Positions 53,660 through 62,296 of a stretch of 64,000 nucleotides of DNA are shown here, piece by piece; the first letter of the stretch is position 1, and the number at the start of each line of letters is the position of its first letter. The stretch is taken from positions 2,370 to 66,369 of the forward strand of contig CAXQUZ010000757.1 in the NCBI GenBank assembly GCA_964226865.1. Reading direction: 5' to 3'. Position numbers and translations under genes: made by a program. The DNA is from Myxococcota bacterium. Lineage in GTDB: Bacteria > Myxococcota_A > UBA796 > UBA2385. The notes under the pieces were generated by a model, which saw only the letters and a list, made by a program, of their open reading frames with translations, was not told where the DNA came from and did not search any database.

Positions 53660-54878
53660 CGAGCTCTCCGTCGCCGAGCAGCCCCTCGCGGGTGAGCATG
53701 ACCGCCGAGGTCATCAGGTTGGCGTGGAGGTTGCCGGGACGGTCCATGCGCGGGCCCTGCTCGCCGAAGGTGAACCAGCCCAGCACCGGTGCCGGCCCGA
53801 GCCGGGCCCGGAGCGCCCCCACCACCTCAGAGATGTCTTTGCGCATCACCAGGGCATAGCCGACGCAGTGGATGGTGATGCCGCCCACGACGGGCTCGCC
53901 CTGGATGGCCTCGGTGGTGACCCGGCCCATGCGGGCGGCCAGCCCGTCCGCCGTGCCCTCCATCAACACCAGCTCTTCGCCGGTCTCGACCTCGGTGAGC
54001 ATGTCCATGCTGCCGTCGGGGTGGAGGTCGACGGGCAGGGTCAGGGCATAGATGGGCAGCCGGTTGACCGTGCCGATCTGGCGGCCGAGGGGGCTCAGGG
54101 TGGTCTGGGCCATCACCGAGCCCTCGGGCGCGAGGGCCGGCGCCATCGAGCCCTCCGTCCACCGGTCGTAGACGGGCCCCGCCGGCTCGCCGTCGATCTC
54201 GTAGATGCGCCGGCCCGCCGCCCGGGTGACCCGGCCCCGCAGCGCCGTCGGCACGAAGCCCGAGCGGTTGGCCTGGCGCAGCCGCCGGGAGGGGAAGAGG
54301 GCCACCACCACGACGGCATCCGCGCTCGTGCCCTCGGGGCCCGCGAGCATCCAGCGGCCCGCGAAGTCGTTGTCGCCGGCCGAGCCCCCGAGCACGGGCA
54401 TCTGGGGGCCGACCACGTCCTCGATGCCCATGAGCAGCTGCTCTTCGGCGCCCGCCACCCCCATCATCAGGGCGGCCTCGGGCAGCTCTCCCTCGCGGCC
54501 GGCCGCGGCGATGGCCCGGGCCACGGCCACCTGGGCCGCCGCCCGGGGGTCGTCGCCCAGCCGCTGGAGGCAGACCCCGAAGGCCCCCTCCGGGTCGACC
54601 AGGCCGAAGGCCCCCACCGCCGGGCCGGGCATGTAGCCCTCGTGGGTGAGCAGGCCGACGGCGGTGGTCGTGCCGGCGACGGCGGCCGCGGGGAAGGCCG
54701 CCCGCACCAGCGAGACCAGGGCACCGAGGGGGTGCTCTTCGGTGCAGACGACCAGCACGAGCTGGGGCCGCGCGCCCAGCTGGGCCCGCAGCGCGTCGAC
54801 GACCCGGGCCCCGAGCAGGGACGTGTCGGTGCCGGTCTCGGCGAAGGTGGCGACGCGCAGCTCGGAAGACGCAGTCAA
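53652..54878 (-). CDS. FIST N/C domain signalling protein
   Basis: ORF 53652..55061 trimmed to TTG 54878 (GGAGG 5 nt upstream), because the longer ORF would overlap speA. FIST-like LVLVVCTEEH..., VLGGSAGDNDF..., GGITIHCVGYALV. The stop overlaps the kinase start by 8 nt. Confidence 0.82.
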   Translation of the reverse strand: MTASSELRVATFAETGTDTSLLGARVVDALRAQLGARPQLVLVVCTEEHPLGALVSLVRAAFPAAAVAGTTTAVGLLTHEGYMPGPAVGAFGLVDPEGAFGVCLQRLGDDPRAAAQVAVARAIAAAGREGELPEAALMMGVAGAEEQLLMGIEDVVGPQMPVLGGSAGDNDFAGRWMLAGPEGTSADAVVVVALFPSRRLRQANRSGFVPTALRGRVTRAAGRRIYEIDGEPAGPVYDRWTEGSMAPALAPEGSVMAQTTLSPLGRQIGTVNRLPIYALTLPVDLHPDGSMDMLTEVETGEELVLMEGTADGLAARMGRVTTEAIQGEPVVGGITIHCVGYALVMRKDISEVVGALRARLGPAPVLGWFTFGEQGPRMDRPGNLHANLMTSAVMLTREGLLGDGELDV

Positions 54879-54912
54879 CTCAGCCTCCGGGCGAGCGGGG
54901 TCGGCCCCCGGC

Positions 54913-56823
54913 TCACTCCAGGTAGGTGTAGCCCTCGAGACCCTGCTGGTACATGCCCACGAGGCGGGCGGTCTCTTCGGGAGTGACGTGGCCCGCGCGC
55001 ACCGCACGCTCGCACGCCGCGCGCACCATGCGCACCAGCTCTCGTCGGCTGTATTGCACATAGCTCACGACATCGGCCACACGGTCGCCTTCCAACACAT
55101 GCTCCAGCTCGTAGTCGCCGTCCTCGCCGAGGCGCACCACCACGGCGTTCGTGTCGCCGAAGAGGTTGTGGAGATCACCCAGGATCTCCTGGTAGGCGCC
55201 GACGAGGAAGGCGCCCAGCACGTAGGGCGTCTCGGGGTCTTCGGGGAGGTCGTGCAGCTCGAGCACCCGCTTGACGTCGTGGAGGTCGATGAAGCGGTCG
55301 AGCTTGCCGTCGCTGTCGCAGGTGATGTCGGCGAGCACGGCCGTGCGGTTGGGCTTCTCTTCGAGGCGGTGGATGGGCACGACCGGGAAGAGCTGGTCGA
55401 CGGCCCAGGCGTCCGGCATGCTCTGGAACACGCTGAAGTTGCAGAAGTAGGTGTCGGCCAGGGCGCGCTTGAGGCCAGCGAGGTCGTCGGGCACGTAGCT
55501 GAGGCCCGCGGTGACCTTGCCGATGCGGCCGACGATCTGCCAGTAGAGCTTCTCGGCGGTGGCGCGCTGGCGCAGGCTGAGCAGCCCCAGGTTGAACATG
55601 TTCAGGGCCTGCTCGCGGCCGCCGAGGGCGTCGTGCCAGGCGGCCTGGTAGTTCTTCTCGGTGATGCCGCCGGCGAGCACGTCGCGCAGCTCGGTGAGCA
55701 CCTCGGGCGCGTCGGCCTCGAGGGCCACGGCGGTCGAGACGGTCGGGTGGGCCGAGACGCCGAGGATGTTGAAGAGCAGCACGGCGTGGTGGGCCACCAT
55801 CGCGCGGCCCGACTCGGTGACGATGTCGGGGTGGGGCTGGCCGGCCTCGTCGCAGGCGCTCTGGATGGCGGCCACGACGTCCTGGGCGTACTCGCGCACG
55901 CTGTAGTTCACCGAGCTGGCGAAGTTGGTGGACGAGCCGTCGTAGTCGACGCCCAGGCCGCCGCCCACGTCGAGGTAGCGCAGGTCGGCGCCGAGGCTGC
56001 GCAGCTCGACGAAGAGCCGGCTGGCCTCCTTGAGGGCCGACTTGAAGGACCGGATGGCCGAGACCTGAGAGCCGATGTGGAAGTGGAGCAGCTGGAGGCA
56101 GTCCAGCTTGCCCTTCTCCGCGAGAAGATCGACCAGCTCAACAATCTCGAGCACGGTGAGGCCGAACTTGGCCTTGTCGCCCGTGCTGGCCTCCCAGCGG
56201 CCGGCGCCCTTGCTGGCGAGCTTGGCCCGCACCCCGAGGATGGGGTCGATGCCGTGGATCTCGGCCAGCCGCAGGGCCGTGTGGACCTCGCTGAACTTCT
56301 CGATGACGATGATCGGACGGCGGCCCATGCGCTGGGCCAGCATGGCCGTCTCGATGTACTCCTCGTCCTTGTAGCCATTGCAGACGATGATGGCCTCGGG
56401 ATCGTCCATCAGGGCCAGCACCACGAGCAGCTCGGGCTTCGAGCCGCACTCGAGGCCGAGGTGCCAGGGGCGGCCGGCCTTGACGATCTGCTCGACGAGG
56501 TGGCGCTGCTGGTTCACCTTGATGGGGTAGACGCCGCGGTAGCGCCCGCCGTAGCCGTACTCGGCGATGGCCTCGTGGAAGGCGCCGGCGAGGGTGCGGA
56601 TGCGGGCCTCGAGCAGATCCGGGAAGCGCAGCAGCAGGGGCATGCCGATGCCCCGGCGCTGGATGTCGTCGGCGAGGGTCTTCAGGTCGACCCAGGGGCC
56701 GTCGTCCCCAGCGGGCGCGAGCACGAGGTTGCCGTCGGGACCGATGCGGAGGAACTCGCGGCCCCAGTTGGGAATGCCGTAGAGATCGGCACTGTCATGA
56801 ATGGACCAGCGGCGCATGCTCAC
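54913..56823 (-). CDS. speA: Biosynthetic arginine decarboxylase
   Basis: 636 aa. WSIHDSADLYGIPNWG N-terminus, YPIKVNQQRHLVE PLP-lysine region, HFHIGSQ and CDSDGKLDRF motifs characteristic of SpeA. Confidence 0.97.
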   Translation of the reverse strand: MSMRRWSIHDSADLYGIPNWGREFLRIGPDGNLVLAPAGDDGPWVDLKTLADDIQRRGIGMPLLLRFPDLLEARIRTLAGAFHEAIAEYGYGGRYRGVYPIKVNQQRHLVEQIVKAGRPWHLGLECGSKPELLVVLALMDDPEAIIVCNGYKDEEYIETAMLAQRMGRRPIIVIEKFSEVHTALRLAEIHGIDPILGVRAKLASKGAGRWEASTGDKAKFGLTVLEIVELVDLLAEKGKLDCLQLLHFHIGSQVSAIRSFKSALKEASRLFVELRSLGADLRYLDVGGGLGVDYDGSSTNFASSVNYSVREYAQDVVAAIQSACDEAGQPHPDIVTESGRAMVAHHAVLLFNILGVSAHPTVSTAVALEADAPEVLTELRDVLAGGITEKNYQAAWHDALGGREQALNMFNLGLLSLRQRATAEKLYWQIVGRIGKVTAGLSYVPDDLAGLKRALADTYFCNFSVFQSMPDAWAVDQLFPVVPIHRLEEKPNRTAVLADITCDSDGKLDRFIDLHDVKRVLELHDLPEDPETPYVLGAFLVGAYQEILGDLHNLFGDTNAVVVRLGEDGDYELEHVLEGDRVADVVSYVQYSRRELVRMVRAACERAVRAGHVTPEETARLVGMYQQGLEGYTYLE

Positions 56824-56956
56824 CTCGCGGTGCAGGGGGGCGCGCGAGTGTAACGCCAGCCCACCCCGGCGCAGGCGCTCGGCCCGACTTTCCCCGAGAA
56901 CGCGGCTCCATGCGGGCTCTCCAGAGGCCCGGGCCCCGGCGCGCCCCCGCCGTCGC

Positions 56957-57703
56957 TCAGGGGTTGTCGTGGCGGTCCTTCACGTGGCCCGCCACCACGG
57001 TCTCGAGCAGGGCGGCCGCCGCCGCGTCCCCGCCGGGCCCGTCGAGGGCGCCCACCGCCACACAGCGGGTGGCGTGGCCCGGGGCGGTGACCAGCACCCG
57101 CCGGCCGCCCCGCACGACCACCACCGTGCCGCTCTCGAGGTGGGGCGCGAGGGCCGTGTGGGCCCGGTCGCAGCGGAAGCCGCGGTTCTCGTCGAAGACC
57201 GCAGCGGCGACGGCGGCCTGCTGGGCGGGGCTGAGCGAGACCAGCGCGGCCTCCCGGCAGTCGGTGCGGGCCGCCCCCCCGAGCATCGCCAGCACGACCG
57301 GATCGGCCGGCCCCCGCCGCAGCACCAGCTCCTGGCGCTGGCCCTTGCGGCGGATCACGAGGGCGATCTCGCCGGTGCCGGGAACCGCGTCGATGGCGGC
57401 GTTCAGCCCGGCCGCGTCGGCGATGGCCACACCGTTGGCCTCGACCACCACGTCGCCGTCTTCGAGCAGGGCGGCCGCGGGGCTGCCGGGGCTGCGGGCC
57501 GTGACCACCACCCGGCCCCCCCGGCCCCGGTAGCTCAGGCCGAGCCACTGGCGCTGGGTCTGGAGGGCCGCGAGGTCGGCGCTGCGGTCGCGCCAGGCGG
57601 GGGTGAGCTCGGCGAGCTGGAGCCCGATGGGGCAGGGATCGCCCGCCCAGGCCGGGGCCGAGACGAGCAGCGAGGCGAGGAGGGGAAGCAGGGCCGCAGG
57701 CAT
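56957..57703 (-). CDS. Secreted PDZ domain protein
   Basis: ORF 56957..58339 trimmed to ATG 57703 (MPAALLPLLASLLVSAPAWA signal). PDZ-like GLSYRGRGGRVVVTARSPGSPAAALLEDGDVVVEANGVAI. Confidence 0.68.
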   Translation of the reverse strand: MPAALLPLLASLLVSAPAWAGDPCPIGLQLAELTPAWRDRSADLAALQTQRQWLGLSYRGRGGRVVVTARSPGSPAAALLEDGDVVVEANGVAIADAAGLNAAIDAVPGTGEIALVIRRKGQRQELVLRRGPADPVVLAMLGGAARTDCREAALVSLSPAQQAAVAAAVFDENRGFRCDRAHTALAPHLESGTVVVVRGGRRVLVTAPGHATRCVAVGALDGPGGDAAAAALLETVVAGHVKDRHDNP

Positions 57704-57768
57704 GCACACTCCGGGACGACGCCAGCCTACCCCGGGGCGCGCCCCGTCCTCCCCCGAGCGCCGGCCCC

Positions 57769-59451
57769 TCAGCGGGCCCAGGCGTGGGCGCCCGCCGGCA
57801 CGTCCCGGTGCTCCTGGGTGCTGCCGTCGGGCCAGGTGAGGGTCACCCGGTCGGCGGCGGCCGCCCCCATCAGCGGCGCCTCGACGACCAGCTCGCCCGA
57901 CGAGCCGATGCCCCCCGGCAGCATCCAGCCCGTCCACCGGTGGGGCCCGACGGCCACCTCGACCCGGGTGCCGATGCCGTGGGGGTTGCCCGGGCCGGCG
58001 TCGAGGGCCAGCCGCAGCCCCGTCTCGCAGCCCCCCTCGACCCCCCAGAGCCGGGCCGTCGGGCCGCCGGCGAGGAACAGCTCGCTGCGCCCGTCGCCGT
58101 CCACGTCGATGCGCACGAGGGCGCGGTGGTTCTCGGGGCTGTCGAAGCCCAGCGCGGCGCCCACATCCGAGAAGCCCGCGGGCCCGGCGAGCAGCAGGGC
58201 GTCGTGCTGGTCGTCGGACCAGGTGAAGCCCTCGCCGAGCAGCCCGATGCTCTCGCGCTGGACCTCGGCGATGTGGCCGAAGGCCGTGAGGATGTCGCTG
58301 CGGCCGTCCCGGTCGAGGTCGTGCACGAGGGCGCCCCACGAGACCAGCCGCTCGGGGTCGGCCCCGAGGTCGGCGCCGAGGGCCCGGGCCGTCTCGTAGA
58401 AGCTGCCGTCGGGCAGGCTCGCCAGCAGCTTGGGGCCGCCGATGTCGGTGATCCAGAGGTCGGGCAGCCCGTCGCCGGTGGCGTCGCCCACGGCCGCCGC
58501 CATGCCGTACATCGAGAGGTCGCAGGCGCAGTCCTCGTCGACGCTGAAGACGCCGTGGCCGTCGTTCTCGAGCAAGAGGTTCGGCACGATGAAGGGGCCG
58601 AAGTCGTTGGCCAGGTAGAGGTCGAGGTCGCCGTCCCCGTCGGCATCGAGCACGGCGGCCTCTTGGGTGTGGGCCGGGTGGACGGCGGCGGGCAGCCGGT
58701 CGCTGGCGTCGGTGAAGACGCCCGGGGCCGCCTGGAGGTAGAGGCTCGAGGGGTCGCCCGGCGGGGCCAGGCTGGTGATCTCTTCGAGGGAGACATCGGC
58801 CTCGAAGCGCCGGGCCACGAAGAGGTCGAGGCGGCCGTCGCCGTCGAGATCGGCGAAGCTGCCCGTGCCCGTGAAGCCGTCGCTGGCGGGCAGGGCCGTG
58901 GCCGTGAAGCCGAAGGCGCCGTCGTTCCAGAGCAGCAGGTCGGGGCTGCCGCTCGGGGTGCCGAGGAAGAGGTCGAGGTCGCCGTCCTCGTCGAGATCTG
59001 CCGCCGCGACGGCCTGGGCCGGGGGCGCCGGGCTGCCGTCGACGAGCAGCGGCCCGGGGCTGAGCACCCCGTCGGCGTTGCGAAGGCTGCGCGCCCCCCT
59101 GCGGCTGGCCAGCACGATGTCGGCCTGGCCGTCGCCGTCGAAGTCGCCGACCGCCGCCCCCCAGCCGCCCACCAGGGGCTCGTGGCCGACCGGCCAGTGC
59201 TGCCGCAGGTGCAGCGTCGGGGCCGGGCAGACCACCGGCGCGGGGCTGGCCGTGTCGTCGCCGTCCCCGCCGCCGCCCGTGCCCTCGCCCCCGTCCGTGC
59301 CCCCGGCGCCGCTCCCGGCCCCGTCCGCCCCGCTTCCCCCGGCGCTGTCGGTGGTCCCGGCGGCCGGCTTGCGGGCCTCCCCCGTGCAGCCCCCCGCCGC
59401 CGCCCAGAGCAGCAGCCCCGCCGCGGTCCGGCCCCGCCGTCCGCGGCTCAT
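57769..59451 (-). CDS. FG-GAP/VCBS repeat + ASPIC/UnbV lipoprotein (CRTAC1-like), second copy
   Basis: ORF 57769..60771 trimmed to ATG 59451 (MSRGRRGRTAAGLLLWAAAGGC lipobox). G/D/T-rich linker, repeated GDFDGDGQADI / DLDGDGRLDL motifs. C-terminal GIGTRVEVAVGPHRWTGWMLPGGIGSSGELV. Confidence 0.85.
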   Translation of the reverse strand: MSRGRRGRTAAGLLLWAAAGGCTGEARKPAAGTTDSAGGSGADGAGSGAGGTDGGEGTGGGGDGDDTASPAPVVCPAPTLHLRQHWPVGHEPLVGGWGAAVGDFDGDGQADIVLASRRGARSLRNADGVLSPGPLLVDGSPAPPAQAVAAADLDEDGDLDLFLGTPSGSPDLLLWNDGAFGFTATALPASDGFTGTGSFADLDGDGRLDLFVARRFEADVSLEEITSLAPPGDPSSLYLQAAPGVFTDASDRLPAAVHPAHTQEAAVLDADGDGDLDLYLANDFGPFIVPNLLLENDGHGVFSVDEDCACDLSMYGMAAAVGDATGDGLPDLWITDIGGPKLLASLPDGSFYETARALGADLGADPERLVSWGALVHDLDRDGRSDILTAFGHIAEVQRESIGLLGEGFTWSDDQHDALLLAGPAGFSDVGAALGFDSPENHRALVRIDVDGDGRSELFLAGGPTARLWGVEGGCETGLRLALDAGPGNPHGIGTRVEVAVGPHRWTGWMLPGGIGSSGELVVEAPLMGAAAADRVTLTWPDGSTQEHRDVPAGAHAWAR

Positions 59452-59497
59452 GCCGCCCCCCGGGCCCGTCGGCCGCCCGCTCCCGCCCGCTCCACGC

Positions 59498-60898
59498 TCA
59501 TGGCACCAGCTCCTCGGCGTCCAGTTGGGCATGGATCTGGTCGGCGATCCAGTGGTTCCCGTCGGCGCTGAGGCGGAGGTGCTGGGCGCTGTGGAAGAGG
59601 CGCCGCCGGTCGGGGTGGGCGAGGATGCCGCCCTGGAGGTCGACCAGGGGCAGGTCGCGCCCGGCGGCGATGCGCGCGAGGGCCGCCTGCTGGGCGGGCA
59701 GGGTCGAGAGGTTCTCGAGCACGACCCGGGCGCCCCGGGCCTCGGCGGCGGCGGCGATGCGCGCGATGTGGAGCGCGAGCAGGGTCTCCATCGTGTCGCG
59801 GGCGGCGTCGGCATCGGCCACCGAGCCGGCCCGGAGCCCGTGGGCCACGTCGGCGTCCTGGACCAGGGCGGCCCGGGCGCCCAGGGCATCGGCCGGGTCG
59901 AGGGTCTCGCCCGCCGTCCAGCGCAGGAAGGCGAGCAGGCTCCAGGCCTCGGCCGTGTCGGGATCCCGGGCCAGCGCCCCCTCGAGCAGCCCCGCGGCGC
60001 GCGCGAGCTCGGCCGGTCCGCCCCGCACGATGGCCACCCGGGCCTCGTCGATGGCCTCCCGCAGCACCATGTCGGTGTCGGCGCGGGCGGTCTCGCGGCG
60101 CTTCTGGGCGCTGCGGCGGGCGAGGGCCTGGGCAAAGTCGGGCCACCGCTGGCGCACCAAGGCGAGGGTCTCGGCGGCGCCGGCGAAGTCGCCCGTGCCC
60201 ACGAGGAGCCCGAACAGCCGCATGTGCTGGGCCGGTCGGGGGTCGGGCGAGAGGGCGAGGTGGGTATGCCAGGCGGCGAGGGCCGGGCCGAGCTCGTCCC
60301 GCTCGATGAGGGCCGTGGCCAGGGCGGCCCAAGCGGCCGGGTCGTCGGGCCGCTGCTCGGTGGCGCGGACCCGGGCCGACAGGGTGCCCTCCGCCGCCGG
60401 GGCGGGCGTGCCGCCGGGCGCCGGGGGGTGGAGCACGAGGCCCACCAGCCGGGGCAGCACGAGGGCATCCCAGGGCCGGGGCGCCGGGGGGGCCTGGGCG
60501 GCCGCGAGGGCCTCGGCCGAGCCGTCGAGGCGCCGGTTGATGTTGACCACCACCACATCGGGCTGGTGGGCATCGAGCAGGGCCTCGATGTTGGCCGAGA
60601 AGTGGTCGATGTTCTTGCCGCGCACGCCCCCGTTGACCACCCGGGCGTCGAGGCCGGGATGGTGGTCGCGCAGGGCATCCTCGAGCAGGGCCGGGTAGCT
60701 CTGGTCGGCGGGCAGGCCGAGGCCGAGGGTGTAGCAGGCGCCGAGGCAGAGCACGGTGAAGTCCCCGCCACCCGGGCCCCGGCGCTGGGCGTCGAGCAGC
60801 CCGAGGCCGAGGCCGAGCCCCTGGAGGGCCAGCTCGAGCAGCGCCACCCCGGCGAGCCCGCCCCCGATCACCCGCAGCAGCCGCCCCGCGCTCAGCAT
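59498..60898 (-). CDS. Membrane-anchored SGNH-like protein with TPR-like insertion (DltD/AlgX-position partner of the MBOAT)
   Basis: 466 aa. N-terminal anchor LRVIGGGLAGVALLELAL. Block I-like FTVLCLGACYTLG, then VVNGGVRG. Helical repeat insert (AWAALATALIERDELGPALAAW..., AEAWSLLAFLRW...). C-terminal SADGNHWIADQI (DxxH-like). Confidence 0.6.
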   Translation of the reverse strand: MLSAGRLLRVIGGGLAGVALLELALQGLGLGLGLLDAQRRGPGGGDFTVLCLGACYTLGLGLPADQSYPALLEDALRDHHPGLDARVVNGGVRGKNIDHFSANIEALLDAHQPDVVVVNINRRLDGSAEALAAAQAPPAPRPWDALVLPRLVGLVLHPPAPGGTPAPAAEGTLSARVRATEQRPDDPAAWAALATALIERDELGPALAAWHTHLALSPDPRPAQHMRLFGLLVGTGDFAGAAETLALVRQRWPDFAQALARRSAQKRRETARADTDMVLREAIDEARVAIVRGGPAELARAAGLLEGALARDPDTAEAWSLLAFLRWTAGETLDPADALGARAALVQDADVAHGLRAGSVADADAARDTMETLLALHIARIAAAAEARGARVVLENLSTLPAQQAALARIAAGRDLPLVDLQGGILAHPDRRRLFHSAQHLRLSADGNHWIADQIHAQLDAEELVP

Positions 60899-60928
60899 GG
60901 CCCGGCCCCCGGGCGGCCCGCGCCCCCC

Positions 60929-61087
60929 TCAGAACAAGGCATAGATGAACTCGGTGCGGTCTTGGCTCCACAGCAGCAGCAACAGCCCCAGACCGCCGAT
61001 GAGCACGACAGAGAGGGGCAGCTGCCACCACGCGGCATCGTCGGCGATGGCACGGCGGACACGGTCGAGCGGGCGGGGCGGCGACAT
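60929..61087 (-). CDS. Unlisted 52-aa single-pass membrane ORF with DltX-like C-terminal FIYxxF motif
   Basis: My own translation of the minus strand: MSPPRPLDRVRRAIADDAAWWQLPLSVVLIGGLGLLLLLWSQDRTEFIYALF-stop. The ATG lies 9 nt after the MBOAT stop, and the stop lies 30 nt before the SGNH-like start. Too short for the ORF track. Confidence 0.55.
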   Translation of the reverse strand: MSPPRPLDRVRRAIADDAAWWQLPLSVVLIGGLGLLLLLWSQDRTEFIYALF

Positions 61088-61096
61088 GCCCAGGGG

Positions 61097-62296
61097 CTAC
61101 CACGCTCCCAGCACGTGTCCCACCAGCGCGGCCAGCTTCGTGGGCCCGGTCATGAACACCACCACGCCGGCGCAGAAGTAGGTGACCGTGACGAAGACGG
61201 CGACGGGCGCCGGCACCCGCTGGAGCGCCCGGTGGAGGCCCCGGTGGCGGCGGCGGGCCTGCTGGACCCGCTGGACGAGCAGCACGCCGGCGGCGTGGTA
61301 GACGCCGAGGAACAGGAAGGCCGGCGACAGGCGGTGCCAGATCTGGACCAGGAAGACCGTGACGAAGACCCCGAGCACGAGGCGGCCCGGGCTGGCCTTG
61401 ACCCCGAAGAAGGGCAGCAGCACGTAGTCGCGGAAGAAAGTGTAGAGGGTGATGTGCCAGCGGCGCCAGAGGGTGGCGAGGTCGCGGGCGAGCAGGGGCC
61501 AGTCGAAGTTCTCCGGCACGGTGAGCCCAAAGAGGGCCCCGAGGCCGATGGCCACGTCGGAGTAGCCCGAGAAGTCGAGGTAGAGCTGGATGCCGGCGCC
61601 GTAGGCCGCGGCGAGGGCCTCCCAGCGGGCGTGGTCGCGGGGGGCCAGCAGCACGGGGCCCGCCCAGCGGCCGAGGGTGTCGGCCAGCACCAGCTTCTTC
61701 ACGAGCCCCACCCCGATGCGCACCAGGGCGAGGTTGAGCACCCCGAGGCCCGGGGCCGGCGCCTCGCGGAGCTGGCGCTGGAAGGGGCCGAAGCGCATGA
61801 GGGGGCCGGCCAGCAGCAGGGGCGGGAAGAAGAGCCACGCGAGAACATCGCGCGCTGGGGCATCTTCGATGGTTCCGCGGGCCCGCTCGACCCAGAGGTG
61901 GACGAGGCGGAAGGTGAGGAAGCTGAGGCCCAGGGGCACGAGGACGGCGTCGGCGCCGGGCAGGGGGTTGTGGGCCGGGGCGACGGCCAGGGCCCCGCCG
62001 GGGGGCGCCAGCACCTCGTAGAGCTTCCAGCCGACGAGGTGGGCCACGAGCAGCCCGAGCACCGCCGCCCGCTGCCACCGGGCCGGCCCCGCCCCCGCGC
62101 GCCCGAGGCGGGCCGACCAGGCGACCCCGCCGGCGGCCAGGCCGAGGTGGAGCAGGGACCAGCCGCCCGCCTGGATCCCGAGCAGCAGGGCGCCGGCCGC
62201 CGCAAGCAGCCAGGCCCGGGCGGGAGGGGCGAGGCCACGGGCCACCAGCGCCAGCAGGGCCAGGGCGCCGAGCAGGGCGGGGTGGGTCAGGGGCAC
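61097..62296 (-). CDS. MBOAT family O-acyltransferase (DltB/AlgI-like)
   Basis: 399 aa. LGLSFLTFRLVH, YLDFSGYSDVAIGLG, and LWRRWHITLYTFFRDYV with the conserved catalytic His. The GTG start overlaps the halogenase stop by 10 nt. Confidence 0.9.
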   Translation of the reverse strand: MPLTHPALLGALALLALVARGLAPPARAWLLAAAGALLLGIQAGGWSLLHLGLAAGGVAWSARLGRAGAGPARWQRAAVLGLLVAHLVGWKLYEVLAPPGGALAVAPAHNPLPGADAVLVPLGLSFLTFRLVHLWVERARGTIEDAPARDVLAWLFFPPLLLAGPLMRFGPFQRQLREAPAPGLGVLNLALVRIGVGLVKKLVLADTLGRWAGPVLLAPRDHARWEALAAAYGAGIQLYLDFSGYSDVAIGLGALFGLTVPENFDWPLLARDLATLWRRWHITLYTFFRDYVLLPFFGVKASPGRLVLGVFVTVFLVQIWHRLSPAFLFLGVYHAAGVLLVQRVQQARRRHRGLHRALQRVPAPVAVFVTVTYFCAGVVVFMTGPTKLAALVGHVLGAW

